This document shows positions 36,358 to 46,757 of a DNA stretch of 64,000 nucleotides, piece after piece. The first letter of the stretch is position 1. Each line of letters starts with the position of its first letter. Both the position numbers and the translations under genes were made by a program. Origin of the DNA: an uncultured Pseudohongiella sp. (GTDB lineage Bacteria; Pseudomonadota; Gammaproteobacteria; Pseudomonadales; Pseudohongiellaceae); contig OX638323.1 of assembly GCA_951812715.1 (NCBI GenBank), positions 1,776,577 through 1,840,576 of the forward strand, read 5' to 3'. Below the pieces are notes generated by a model. The model saw only the letters and a list, made by a program, of their open reading frames with translations. It was not told the origin of the DNA and ran no database searches.

Positions 36358-37740
36358 TTGGCCAAAACAAAAACCGCCTTCGTCTGCAGTGACTGCGGCG
36401 CCGACTACGCCAAATGGCAAGGCCAATGCAGCGCCTGCAATGCCTGGAACACCCTGGCGCAATTCAATCCGGGTACGGCCGAAGGCGGCCGCGCCGGGCA
36501 CAGGCAGGGCTATGCCGGCGCCCGGAGCGAAGTGACGCAACTGGCCGATATCGATCATACCGAACTGCCGCGTTTCGCCAGCGGAATCAGCGAACTCGAC
36601 CGGGTCCTGGGCGGCGGGCTGGTGCCGGGTTCGGTAGTGCTGATCGGCGGCAATCCGGGCGCGGGCAAGAGCACTTTGCTGTTGCAGGTAATGTGCCTGT
36701 TGGCCCGGCAAGGCCGGCAGGCGCTGTATGTCACCGGGGAGGAATCCCCGCGGCAGATAGGCATGCGCGCCCGCCGACTGCAATTACCACGGGAGAATCT
36801 CAATCTGCTTGCGGAAACCGGCGTCGAACAAATCCTGCAAGCCGCCAGCCGCCACGCGCCCGAATTGCTGGTGGTGGATTCCATCCAGGTAATGTACAGC
36901 GCGGAACTGCCATCGGCCCCCGGTAGCGTCACCCAGGTGCGCGAATGCGCGGCTTACCTGATCCAGTACGCCAAACAGGCCAACACGGTGCTGTTCCTGG
37001 TCGGACATGTGACCAAGGAAGGCAATCTCGCCGGGCCCAAGGTGCTTGAGCATATGATCGACTGCTTCATCATGCTCGAAGGCGGCAACGAGTCGCGTTA
37101 TCGCATTTTGCGCGCGCACAAGAACCGCTTTGGCGCGATTAACGAACTCGGCGTTTTCGCCATGACGGAAACGGGTCTGAAGGAAGTGCGCAATCCTTCC
37201 GCCATCTTTCTCGCGCGCGCCGAAGAAGAAGCGCCGGGTTCGCTCGTGGTCGCTTTGTGGGAAGGCACGCGGCCGCTGCTAGTGGAGATCCAGGCGCTGG
37301 TGGACGCCAGCCAACTCGGCAATCCGCGCCGGGTGGCGGTGGGTCTGGAACATAACCGGCTGGCCATGTTGCTAGCGGTGCTGCATCGTCATGGCGGGCT
37401 GTTCATGGCCGATCAGGATGTGTTCGTGAACGTGGTGGGCGGAGTCAAGGTCACCGAGACCAGCGCCGATCTGGCCCTGCTGCTGGCCGTGGTGTCCAGC
37501 TTCCGCGACCGGCCCTTGCCGAAAAATCTGGTGGTGTTCGGGGAGATTGGGCTGGCGGGTGAAATCCGGCCGGTTCCCGGCGGTCAAGAGCGCCTGCGGG
37601 AGGCGGCCAAGCATGGTTTTCGCCATGCCATCGCGCCCAAGGCAAACGCGCCGCGCGGTTCCATCGCGGGATTGAAGGTCCATGCGGTGAGCAATGTGTC
37701 CCAGGCACTGGAGGCTGTTGCGTCGCTCGACGCCGAATAG
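36358..37740 (+). CDS. radA: DNA repair protein RadA/Sms
   Basis: Zinc ribbon CSDCGADYAKWQGQCSACNAWNT, Walker A GGNPGAGKSTLLLQ, KNRFG motif, Lon-like C-terminal domain. TTG start. Confidence 0.95.
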   Translation: MAKTKTAFVCSDCGADYAKWQGQCSACNAWNTLAQFNPGTAEGGRAGHRQGYAGARSEVTQLADIDHTELPRFASGISELDRVLGGGLVPGSVVLIGGNPGAGKSTLLLQVMCLLARQGRQALYVTGEESPRQIGMRARRLQLPRENLNLLAETGVEQILQAASRHAPELLVVDSIQVMYSAELPSAPGSVTQVRECAAYLIQYAKQANTVLFLVGHVTKEGNLAGPKVLEHMIDCFIMLEGGNESRYRILRAHKNRFGAINELGVFAMTETGLKEVRNPSAIFLARAEEEAPGSLVVALWEGTRPLLVEIQALVDASQLGNPRRVAVGLEHNRLAMLLAVLHRHGGLFMADQDVFVNVVGGVKVTETSADLALLLAVVSSFRDRPLPKNLVVFGEIGLAGEIRPVPGGQERLREAAKHGFRHAIAPKANAPRGSIAGLKVHAVSNVSQALEAVASLDAE

Positions 37741-37803
37741 CAACCGCGACCTCTCGAATTTTCCCATTTGACGAGGCAAAACCCTTGCCGCGCCGAGCGA
37801 TCC

Positions 37804-39144
37804 TTACGCGGGAGCGTTGTCGAAATCTTCCTTGATGGTGCGGGCGCTCCAGTAATAGTGCACGGCGCACCAGATGTTTACCAGCACGGTGATTGCCATG
37901 GCGTAGCGCAAGGCGTCAACGCCGAAGGAAGGCTCAAGCGCGTCACTGACGAAACCGGTGATCATCGGGCCGAGTCCGAGACCGATCAAGTTGAGCACGA
38001 ACAGCAGCACCGCCGTGCCCATGGCGCGCATGCGCACGCCTACCAGGAATTGTGTCGAGGCCAGGCAGGGCGCCAGGTACCAGCCGCCGCAAAATACCGG
38101 CAGCAGGTAGGAATAGGCGGCAATATAGCCGCTCGGCATGATGAGCAAGGTGTTCAGCGCGAATGGAATCGCGATCACGGTGGAAATTAAGGGAATCCAG
38201 ATATACCAGGTCTTATCCCCGGTCTTTTTCGACATGCGATCCGACACCCAGCCGCCGAAATAGGTACCCGCAAGGCCGCCGATGCCGGCGATCAGGCCGT
38301 AGTACCAGCCGATGTCGATGGTCGGCATGCCGTGCACGCGGCCGAGAAACAGCGGCATGAAATTGCCCATGCCATAGGTGACAAAGGCATGCAGCGCGCA
38401 GGCAAAGGACAGGTGACGAAAGGATTTTCGCTGCCAGAGAAAGCCCAGCACCCGGAAAAACCCCGGCGGCGCCGCGTCGCGGCGCGCTTCCGCCATGCCC
38501 CGGGGCGGTTCCTTGATGATGAGCCGCACCAGAACGGCAAGTAGCAAACCGGGAAGCCCTACTGCCACGAATGCCGTTCGCCAGTCGAACACCTCCACCA
38601 GATAGGCGCCGCCAACCGTGCCAACGAGAATGCCGCCATAGACGCCGAGCGAATAGACCGAAAGCGCGGTGGCGCGCTGCTCAGCGGGGAAAATATCCGA
38701 GACGATCGAATGGGCCGGCGGCGAACCGCCCGCTTCGCCGACCCCGACGCCGAATCGCGCCAGGAACAACTGGCCGAAACTCTGCGCCGCGCCGCATAGC
38801 GCCGTCATCACGCTCCAGACGGTAACCGCCAGCGCGATGATGTTGCGCCGATTGCCGAGGTCGGCCCAGCGTGCGATAGGAATGCCCAGCGTGGTGTAAA
38901 TGCAGGCGAAGGCAAGACCCGACAGCATGCCGAACTGGCCGTCGCTGAGTTGCAGATCTTCAATAATGAATTCCGCCAGGACATTAATGACCTGGCGGTC
39001 GACGAAATTGGAAACGTAGACTACGGTAAGCAATCCCAGCACGAGGTAGCGATACCAGCGTCTGTTGTATGCTTCGACGACCGCCCGCCGTGGGTCAGCC
39101 GGTGCGGCGCCAGCTTCGATCTTGCCCGCAATGCCATTGCTCAT
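37804..39144 (-). CDS. MFS transporter (spinster-like)
   Basis: 12 predicted TMs. Motif-A-like GIPIARWADLGNRRN. Confidence 0.8.
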   Translation of the reverse strand: MSNGIAGKIEAGAAPADPRRAVVEAYNRRWYRYLVLGLLTVVYVSNFVDRQVINVLAEFIIEDLQLSDGQFGMLSGLAFACIYTTLGIPIARWADLGNRRNIIALAVTVWSVMTALCGAAQSFGQLFLARFGVGVGEAGGSPPAHSIVSDIFPAEQRATALSVYSLGVYGGILVGTVGGAYLVEVFDWRTAFVAVGLPGLLLAVLVRLIIKEPPRGMAEARRDAAPPGFFRVLGFLWQRKSFRHLSFACALHAFVTYGMGNFMPLFLGRVHGMPTIDIGWYYGLIAGIGGLAGTYFGGWVSDRMSKKTGDKTWYIWIPLISTVIAIPFALNTLLIMPSGYIAAYSYLLPVFCGGWYLAPCLASTQFLVGVRMRAMGTAVLLFVLNLIGLGLGPMITGFVSDALEPSFGVDALRYAMAITVLVNIWCAVHYYWSARTIKEDFDNAPA

Positions 39145-39211
39145 AATGCCGGGCCTTCATGTTTCCTTGCGCCAGCTGCGGCACAAACGCAGCTTGGCCG
39201 GATGAAAGCAC

Positions 39212-40513
39212 TTATTCCCGAGCAAGTCTATGAATCAATACCGCGCTAAGCGCCGCGCGCTCAATCAGGGAGCTGACTCTGCCCTCCTCGCGGTTCGAAT
39301 GGGCGCCCGTGCCGGAGATTCCCAACGAATCGAGCGTCGGCAGGCCCATGGCCTGTGTCAGCGAGCCGTCGGTGCCGCCGCCGGAATCGGTAATGCCGAT
39401 TTCCTGGCCGAGCAAGCGGCCGATGGCAATGGTCTTGTCGAGCAGATAGTCGGATTCCGGCGTCGGAATCTTCGGCGGCCGATGCAAATTGACATAGCTT
39501 TCAGTGGTGATTTCGCCGCCGTCCACCGGATAGCTGTAAACGCGGTCGAAGATTTCCGCCCAGCGCGCAACCGCGTCGACGCCTTGCTCGCGCTGCGGAT
39601 AGCGCAGATCTATCAACGCCTCGGCGCAGGGGGAAACGGTATTGCGCGCCTCACCGCCGTTAACCACGCCGACATTGACGGTCACGCCGGACTCATAGTC
39701 GGTCATGTTCTCGATTTCAACGATCTTGTAGGCCAATTCCTTGATCGCCGAAAGGCCTTGTTCGTGCGCCCCGCCGGCATGGGCGGCGCGGCCATGGACG
39801 ACCAGACGGGCTTGGCCGATGCCCTTGCGCTGGCGCGTCATGGTGTCGGCGCCCGAGGACTCGTAGACCAGGCCCCAGTCATGGTTGAGGGCTTCTTCTT
39901 CCAGATACTGGCGGGAAGTAAGCGAGCCCATTTCCTCATCGCTGTTCAGCAATACCGTGATGGCGGCGGCGTCGAGGGCGCCGGCTTCAGCCAGCGCCTT
40001 CAGCGCATAAAGCATTACCACCAGCCCGCCGTGCATGTCCGCCACGCCGGGTCCAAACATGGTGTCGCCTTCGCGGCGAAATGTCTGAAATGGGCTGTCT
40101 GGAGGAAACACCGTATCAAGATGGCCCATCAGCAACAGTCTGCTGCCCGAGCCGGGGCGGCGCGCGAGCAGATGATCGGTGAGGTCGACGGTATAATCGC
40201 TGCCGGGGCAACTCGGCATCTCGATCAGCGCTCCCGGCAGCCGGCTCGTGCTGAAACCGAGCTGTCGCAGCTCCTGATCGAATATCGCGGCGACGGCGTC
40301 AACGCCAGCGCTGTTCAGGCTGCCGGAATTGATATTGATGATGCGCTCCAGTAGCGCCAGCATTTCATCTTCCCGGTCGTCCAGCCAGGAGATCATCGCC
40401 CGTTCTTCAGCGCTGATGCCCGGTTCCACCGGCTCCTGCGCCAGCGCCAAGGCGCCGCAGAGAATCAGCCAGAAACATGCAGGGATTCGAAGGGTTGCAG
40501 TCATGGTGTTCAT
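39212..40513 (-). CDS. secreted M20-family metallopeptidase (glutamate carboxypeptidase G2-like)
   Basis: Signal peptide. LLLMGHLDTVF, NSDEEMGS and the dimerisation-domain pattern are typical of M20A. Confidence 0.8.
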   Translation of the reverse strand: MNTMTATLRIPACFWLILCGALALAQEPVEPGISAEERAMISWLDDREDEMLALLERIININSGSLNSAGVDAVAAIFDQELRQLGFSTSRLPGALIEMPSCPGSDYTVDLTDHLLARRPGSGSRLLLMGHLDTVFPPDSPFQTFRREGDTMFGPGVADMHGGLVVMLYALKALAEAGALDAAAITVLLNSDEEMGSLTSRQYLEEEALNHDWGLVYESSGADTMTRQRKGIGQARLVVHGRAAHAGGAHEQGLSAIKELAYKIVEIENMTDYESGVTVNVGVVNGGEARNTVSPCAEALIDLRYPQREQGVDAVARWAEIFDRVYSYPVDGGEITTESYVNLHRPPKIPTPESDYLLDKTIAIGRLLGQEIGITDSGGGTDGSLTQAMGLPTLDSLGISGTGAHSNREEGRVSSLIERAALSAVLIHRLARE

Positions 40514-40843
40514 TCCTATTAATTGCCGAAGCTGTCAATAAACAAGATCCGATGGCTCATTTTCCAGCCATCTTGCGTTCGCCGCCAACTGATCCGGTAT
40601 ATGCCGGAACCGCGGATTATCGGAGCTGTATTTTCAGCGGTCTGCTGGGCGATAAGCGCCGGGTTCTCTGTAACCGCGTCATTTTCCCCGCGTTCAACAA
40701 AACGTATACCGGACATGTAGCGCCGGGATCGCCGGTCGGCCAGCCGGTCATTGTTGACCTGGCGGCTTTCCGCATTATGCCCGGTTTAGCGGGACTTGTA
40801 GTAACTGTCCCGCGTCTGGTTCCGGCCTGAGCGCCTCCAATAA

Positions 40844-42142
40844 TCAGTTGGCGGCGGCGCCGCGGCGCAATGTATTGAGGCCCTTCAGCAGGTTCAGCGC
40901 TTCATTGAGCGGATAGTCGCTGGTAAGCAATTCAGCGGCGGATACCAGCGGCGCGACGTTTTCTTCGGCGCCGTTATCGTTGGCGAGACTTCCCGGCAGG
41001 TCGGCTTCCGCGAACCGGGTGACATTGCGCGAGCGGCGCGTGACGAATGCCTCTTCCACCACGATATCGGGTTCAATACCCTGGGCCTGGATCGAGCGGC
41101 CGTCGGGAGTGTAATAGAGCGAAGTGGTCAGTTTGATCGCACGCCCGCCGTCGAGCGGCAGCACCGATTGCACCGAACCCTTGCCGAAACTGCGGGTGCC
41201 CATGACGACGGCGCGGCCATGATCCTGCAATGCGCCGGCGACAATTTCCGAAGCCGAAGCCGAGCCGCCGTTGATCAGCGCCACCAGCGGCAGTTCCGGA
41301 GCGACGGTTTCCGCGGTTGCGAAATATTCCGTTGCCGCCTCCCGCAGACGGCCCTGGGTATAGACCACGCGGCCGGAATCGATGAAAGTGTCCACCACCT
41401 CCACCGAAGCTTGCAATACGCCGCCAGGATTATTGCGCAGGTCGAGCACGATGCCTTTCAGTTCCGCGTCCTCTTCGAGCAGGCGGGCGACTTCGTCCTG
41501 AAAGTCCTGACCGGTGCCGAGCTGGAATACTGGAATCCGTAAATAGGCATAACCTGGTTCCAGCAAGCGGCTGCGCACGCTGCTGACGGAAATGATCTCG
41601 CGGGTGATTTCGAGATCGAATGGCTCCAGTCCGTCCCTGGAAATCGTGATGGTCACCGGGGATCCGGGCTCGCCGCGCATATGATTGGCCGCATCAGCGG
41701 GCAACATGTCCCGCACGGGTTGATTATCTATAGCAATTATCAAGTCTCCGGCGCGTACACCGGCGCGGTCGGCGGGTGTATCGTCAAGCGGCGCGATCAC
41801 CAGGATATTGCCGTTTTCCTGGCCCACTTCCACGCCGAGCCCGCCGAATTCACCGGAAGTCGTCTCCTGCAAGGTTTCGAAGTCCCGGCCGTCGACAAAG
41901 GCCGAGTGGGGATCGAGATTCGCGAGCATGCCGCGAATGGCATTTTCGAGCAGTGTGCGGTCGTCGACCTCTTCGACGTAGGACATGCGGATGCGGTCCA
42001 GCGCTTCGGTGAACAGGCGCACATCGTCCAGCGGCAGCGGCAGCGGCAGCGGCTCTTGCTGGGCCGGCACAGTCCCGGCGCAGGCCAGCAGGGCGCAGGC
42101 CAGCGCGAATCGTTCAATGCGTATTCTGATCATTATGCTCAT
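40844..42142 (-). CDS. S41 carboxy-terminal processing peptidase
   Basis: PDZ region GGLGVEVG, LDLRNNPGG, catalytic region NGGSASASEIVAGALQD and GKGSVQ. Confidence 0.9.
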   Translation of the reverse strand: MSIMIRIRIERFALACALLACAGTVPAQQEPLPLPLPLDDVRLFTEALDRIRMSYVEEVDDRTLLENAIRGMLANLDPHSAFVDGRDFETLQETTSGEFGGLGVEVGQENGNILVIAPLDDTPADRAGVRAGDLIIAIDNQPVRDMLPADAANHMRGEPGSPVTITISRDGLEPFDLEITREIISVSSVRSRLLEPGYAYLRIPVFQLGTGQDFQDEVARLLEEDAELKGIVLDLRNNPGGVLQASVEVVDTFIDSGRVVYTQGRLREAATEYFATAETVAPELPLVALINGGSASASEIVAGALQDHGRAVVMGTRSFGKGSVQSVLPLDGGRAIKLTTSLYYTPDGRSIQAQGIEPDIVVEEAFVTRRSRNVTRFAEADLPGSLANDNGAEENVAPLVSAAELLTSDYPLNEALNLLKGLNTLRRGAAAN

Positions 42143-42255
42143 TCCTCGCGCGGACTACAGCTCAAGCGCAACCGCCAATAGTTCCAGTTTATATCGGGAT
42201 TGGCAATCAAATCTGTTAGAATCCCGCCCCTTGCCTTTCCGCCACGCCTTGTCCC

Positions 42256-44142
42256 ATGGAGCTAGTTGAAGAGAAACTGGATGAGCACCATCTCGACGAA
42301 CGCGAGGTGGTGGACGTTGTAGTGCGCTTCGCTGGAGATTCCGGTGACGGCATGCAATTGACCGGCTCGAATTTTACCCTGGCGACGGCGCTCTACGGCA
42401 ACGATCTTTCCACCTTCCCCGATTTCCCGGCCGAAATCCGCGCGCCAGTGGGAGCGACTTTCGGCGTCTCGGCCTTTCAGATCTATTTCGGTTCGGAAGA
42501 CGTTACCACCGCCGGCGATGCGCTGGACGTGCTGGTGGCGATGAACCCGGCCGCGCTGACCACCAATCTTGCCAATGTGGTCGATGGCGGCCTGATCATT
42601 GCCGACCGCGGCGCCTTTACCGCGAAAAATCTGGCCAAGGCCAGCTATGGCGCCAATCCGCTGGACGATGGATCGCTGGCTGGATATCGGCTGCTGGATA
42701 TCGACATTTCCTCCCAGGTGCTTGCCGCCGTCGAGCCATTCGGGCTCGGCCACAAGGCCAGCCTGCGTTGCAAGAACATGTGGACCCTGGGCCTGGTCAT
42801 GTGGCTGTTCGATCGCGACCGGGGCGCCACCATAACAAGCCTGGAAACCAAATTCTCGAACAAGCCGGAAATCGCCAAGGCCAATATCGCCGCCCTCAAC
42901 GCCGGCCACGCCTTTGGCGAGACCGCTGAATTGCCTTCCGGCATACACGTGTACCGCGTACCGAAAGCACAGTCGGCGCCGGGCATATATCGCAATGTTA
43001 CCGGCACCCAGGCGTTGGCCTGGGGATTGCTGGCGGGAACCGAACTCGCCGACATCGACATGCTGTTTGCTTCTTATCCGATTACGCCCGCGTCCAGTCT
43101 GTTGCACGAGCTTTCCAGGCACGGGGATTTCCGCGTCAGCGCCTTTCAGGCCGAAGACGAAATCGCCGCGATATGCACCGCCATTGGCGCGTCGTTCGCC
43201 GGCTCCCTTGGCGTGACTTCAAGCGCCGGCCCCGGCATTGCCTTGAAGTCGGAAGGAATGTCGCTGGCGATAGCGACCGAATTACCCCTGGTAATTGTAG
43301 ATACCCAGCGCGGCGGACCCTCGACCGGGTTACCGACCAAGACCGAACAATCGGATCTGGACATGGCGCTATACGGCCGTCACGGCGATACGCCCTTGCC
43401 CGTCATCGCGCCGGCCACGCCGCCGGAGTGTTTCGACATGGCGCGGGAAGCCGTGCGTCTGGCTATTCGCTATATGACTCCGGTCATGCTGCTGTCGGAC
43501 GGCTATCTGGCCAATGCCGCCGAGCGCTGGAAAATTCCCCAGGTAGAAGACTTCAAGCGAATACCGGTCAAGTACGCGGAAAACGCAGCGGATTTCAGTC
43601 CGTCCAATCGCGACTCCGCAACCCTGGCGCGGACCTGGGCGCGGCCCGGAACGCCGGGAATGGAACATCGCATCGGCGGCATCGAGAGTAATTACGATAC
43701 CGGCGATATCTCATACGATCCGGCCAATCATCAGAAAATGACCGATTTGCGGGTCGGCAAGGTGGCCGGCATAGCCGATGACATGCCCTTGCAGGGCGTC
43801 GACCTGGGTAACGATGTAGGCAAACTGGCGGTAGTAGGCTGGGGCTCCACCTATGGCGCCATTCACCAGGGCGTCAAACGCGCCCGGCTCGAAGGTCTGG
43901 ATGTTGCGCATATCCACGTGCGTTATCTGAACCCGCTGCCGCGTAATCTCGGCGAACTGCTGCGCCGTTTTGACGCGATCCTGATTCCGGAGATGAATAC
44001 CGGGCAATTCGCGCGCCTGTTGCGCGCGGAGTATCTGCTTGACGCCGAAAGCCTGAGCAAGGTCTCCGGCCAGCCATTCAAGATCGGTGAAATCCTGGCG
44101 GCGATCCATTGCGAATTCCGCCAACTGGAAGCGGCATCATGA
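42256..44142 (+). CDS. korA: 2-oxoacid:acceptor (ferredoxin) oxidoreductase, alpha subunit
   Basis: 628 aa. RFAGDSGDGMQLTG, YPITPAS, QAEDEIAA. Coupled to the beta subunit with a 4-nt overlap. Confidence 0.85.
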   Translation: MELVEEKLDEHHLDEREVVDVVVRFAGDSGDGMQLTGSNFTLATALYGNDLSTFPDFPAEIRAPVGATFGVSAFQIYFGSEDVTTAGDALDVLVAMNPAALTTNLANVVDGGLIIADRGAFTAKNLAKASYGANPLDDGSLAGYRLLDIDISSQVLAAVEPFGLGHKASLRCKNMWTLGLVMWLFDRDRGATITSLETKFSNKPEIAKANIAALNAGHAFGETAELPSGIHVYRVPKAQSAPGIYRNVTGTQALAWGLLAGTELADIDMLFASYPITPASSLLHELSRHGDFRVSAFQAEDEIAAICTAIGASFAGSLGVTSSAGPGIALKSEGMSLAIATELPLVIVDTQRGGPSTGLPTKTEQSDLDMALYGRHGDTPLPVIAPATPPECFDMAREAVRLAIRYMTPVMLLSDGYLANAAERWKIPQVEDFKRIPVKYAENAADFSPSNRDSATLARTWARPGTPGMEHRIGGIESNYDTGDISYDPANHQKMTDLRVGKVAGIADDMPLQGVDLGNDVGKLAVVGWGSTYGAIHQGVKRARLEGLDVAHIHVRYLNPLPRNLGELLRRFDAILIPEMNTGQFARLLRAEYLLDAESLSKVSGQPFKIGEILAAIHCEFRQLEAAS

Positions 44143-45125
44143 ACCAGCCGAACCTGACGCTGAAGGATTTCGCCTCGGACCAGGAAGTGCGCTGGTGCCC
44201 CGGCTGCGGTGACTACGCCATTCTGAAAACGGTACAGAAGTTGCTGCCGACGCTGGGCCGGCCACGGCAAAACCAGGTATTCGTTTCCGGCATCGGCTGT
44301 TCGTCCCGTTTTCCGTATTACATGAACACTTACGGCTTCCATACCATACACGGCCGCGCGCCGGCCATCGCCACCGGCGTGAAACTGGCGAATCCGGAGC
44401 TCGACGTTTGGGTCATCACCGGCGACGGCGACGGATTCAGCATCGGCGGCAATCACATGATTCATACCTTGCGCCGCAATGTGGATCTGCAAGTGCTGGT
44501 GTTCAACAATGAAATTTACGGCCTGACCAAGGGTCAGTATTCACCCACTTCAAGACTGGGTACGCGTTCGCCTTCGTCTCCCGGCGGCTCCATCGATTCG
44601 CCCCTTTCGCCATGCGCGGTTGCCCTGGGCGCGGGCGGCGGCTTTATCGCGCGCTCGATCGACACCCATGCCAGGCATCTGTCGCGGGTACTGGGTGACG
44701 GACATGCCCACAAGGGCACGGCCTTTGTCGAAATCCTGCAGAATTGCCCAATTTATAATGATGGGGTGTTCGAGGAGGTAAAAGACCGCCAGACCGCGCC
44801 GGATTTTCGGGTGGAAGTCGAGCATGGCAAGCCGGTGGTATTCGGCAAGGAGAATGAGAAGGCGATACGCCTCGACCGCGACAGCCTGACGCTGGAAGTC
44901 GCGCCGGCGGCCGCGGACGACGTACTCGTGCACGACGAGTCCAATCTCGCGCTCGCGCAATTGCTCGCGGCCATGAGCGGGCCGGAGTTTCCGATTGCCA
45001 TCGGCGTGCTTTACCGGCGGCCACAGCCGAGCTTTGACGAACAATTCGAACGCCGCAAGGGCAAGTCCCGCGAAGGCAATCTCGGCGCGCTGCTGCACAG
45101 CGGCAATACCTGGACGGTTACCTGA
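44139..45125 (+). CDS. korB: 2-oxoacid:acceptor oxidoreductase, beta subunit (TPP-binding)
   Basis: RWCPGCGDYAIL, GIGCSSRFPYY, GDGDGFSIGGNH, NNEIYGLTKGQ. Confidence 0.9.
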   Translation: MNQPNLTLKDFASDQEVRWCPGCGDYAILKTVQKLLPTLGRPRQNQVFVSGIGCSSRFPYYMNTYGFHTIHGRAPAIATGVKLANPELDVWVITGDGDGFSIGGNHMIHTLRRNVDLQVLVFNNEIYGLTKGQYSPTSRLGTRSPSSPGGSIDSPLSPCAVALGAGGGFIARSIDTHARHLSRVLGDGHAHKGTAFVEILQNCPIYNDGVFEEVKDRQTAPDFRVEVEHGKPVVFGKENEKAIRLDRDSLTLEVAPAAADDVLVHDESNLALAQLLAAMSGPEFPIAIGVLYRRPQPSFDEQFERRKGKSREGNLGALLHSGNTWTVT

Positions 45126-45273
45126 TCAGAGTCAGGCGAGCTGCCGGTTGACCAGTTCCCGGAATATTCCACCGGCTTCCGCCAATTCCTCGAATGAACC
45201 GCATTACGCGACTTTTCCGGCCCGCATGACCTAGATTCGATCGGCCTGCCCCGGGGGCGGTCCGCGAACGAGC

Positions 45274-46737
45274 ATGGAACGGGGCCTCGATTTGTCTGAT
45301 AATCCGATATTAGCCAACCCGCCGGTCCAGGGGCGTCAATGGAGTAAAACAGGACAGAACGTGAGTTTGTCGGATCTCCTCAGCGAACGCTCCATTCATA
45401 TCCGGATGAGTTCGGCTTGTACGGCCCAGCGGTCGGACTGCGGAAGGTTTCTCGCTATCGTTTCCGATAAGTTTCCCGAACTCCGTCTCACGAAATGGAC
45501 CCAAGTTTTCGAATTGGCCAACTCGCGGCTCAATGAGGGAGCGCCGCTGGTGGAACTTCGCGATTGCGTGCTCACTTCCGGCGACGACCGACAGGCCGCG
45601 GCCTACCTTGCTCAGATCGAGAGATTGTGCAGGGTCGGGCTGGTCGAGTTCCCGCTAGTCGATGACGAAGAAGAAGTTGCGGTTATCGCGCCGCAGCAGG
45701 AATCCTATATTCCGTCCCTCGCGCCGCGGATGCCGGATACGGCATTCGTGTTGCATCGCTTTGCTTGCCTGCGCCGAGATGGTGAGGCTTGGCTTGCCGA
45801 ATCACCGCTCAGTGGCGCGCGCTTCCGGTTCGTCGATCTCGACGCACTGGACCGACCGCTCGTTCGCCGGGCTCTCGCCGCCGCGGGATTTCTCCAAGCC
45901 GGTCGCCCGGAAGAAGATGTGCAGGGGCATACGCTGGCGCACTGGGAGTTTCATGATCTCATCTATCACACCCACAGCCGCAGAGGTTGGCACCATGATC
46001 CGAGCGGACCACAATGTCCGCTGATCGGCCTTGTCGAACCGGAGCCGGTCCGGCGCCCTGAGTGGCCCGGCGCCATCGTTTCACTTCCGCGCGCAGCCGA
46101 CGCGGGCGGAGAGGCTTGCTCCGCGATCCTGGAACGGCGTCGTTCCGAGCGTGACTTCGACGACAACAACCCGATCTCGATCATCGAACTTGGCGGTCTG
46201 CTCGACCGCGCGGCGCGCTCGCGCTCGTCCCTGGCAGGTTCCGTGCAGGATTCTTCCGGCAAGACCGCGCCGTTCGAAGGGGCCCAACGACCGTATCCAA
46301 GCAGCGGCGCCATCCATGAACTTGAGATATATCCCGTTGTCCACCTGTGCGATGGCCTCGACTCCGGCTTGTATCATTACGATTCATGGCGTCATGCCCT
46401 CGTGCGCATCCCGGCTGACGACGCGGATGTCGCCCGGCTGCTGCGGTACGCGAAAATCGCGATCAGCGCACCGGGAAACCCGCAAATCGTGCTTGCCATT
46501 GCCGCTCGATTTCCACGGGTGTTCTGGAAGTACAAGTCAATCGGATACGGCAATATTCTTCGCAACACCGGTGCGCTTTACCAGTCGCTTTACCTGGCGG
46601 CGACGGAAATCGGACTTGCCGCCTGCGCGGTCGGATCGGCCGATGCCATGCTGTTCGCCCGCATCACGGGCCTCGATCCGTTTATCGAGGGCTCGGTGGG
46701 AGACTTCGTCATCGGCAGCAGGCGCGGGATCGGTTGA
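45274..46737 (+). CDS. SagB/ThcOx-type FMN dehydrogenase (azoline oxidase) with a long N-terminal extension
   Basis: RFACLRRDGEAWLAESPLSGARFRF (SagB N-domain pattern), RRSERDF, QRPYPSSGAIHELEIYPVV, GYGNILRNTGALYQSLYLAATEIGLAACAVG. The true start is uncertain. Confidence 0.8.
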   Translation: MERGLDLSDNPILANPPVQGRQWSKTGQNVSLSDLLSERSIHIRMSSACTAQRSDCGRFLAIVSDKFPELRLTKWTQVFELANSRLNEGAPLVELRDCVLTSGDDRQAAAYLAQIERLCRVGLVEFPLVDDEEEVAVIAPQQESYIPSLAPRMPDTAFVLHRFACLRRDGEAWLAESPLSGARFRFVDLDALDRPLVRRALAAAGFLQAGRPEEDVQGHTLAHWEFHDLIYHTHSRRGWHHDPSGPQCPLIGLVEPEPVRRPEWPGAIVSLPRAADAGGEACSAILERRRSERDFDDNNPISIIELGGLLDRAARSRSSLAGSVQDSSGKTAPFEGAQRPYPSSGAIHELEIYPVVHLCDGLDSGLYHYDSWRHALVRIPADDADVARLLRYAKIAISAPGNPQIVLAIAARFPRVFWKYKSIGYGNILRNTGALYQSLYLAATEIGLAACAVGSADAMLFARITGLDPFIEGSVGDFVIGSRRGIG

Positions 46738-46757
46738 CCGCCTCGGCAGCCCGCCAC

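Noticed and set aside
40519-40785. Minus-strand ORF ending ...GSGIYRISWRRTQDGWKMSHRILFIDSF, which looks like the C-terminal strands of a SnoaL/NTF2 (DUF4440) fold.
   Set aside because: Only ~88 codons are open between stops, and the only start (ATG 40716) leaves 65 aa. That is too short for the fold, and an equally long ORF lies on the opposite strand. At best it is a gene remnant.
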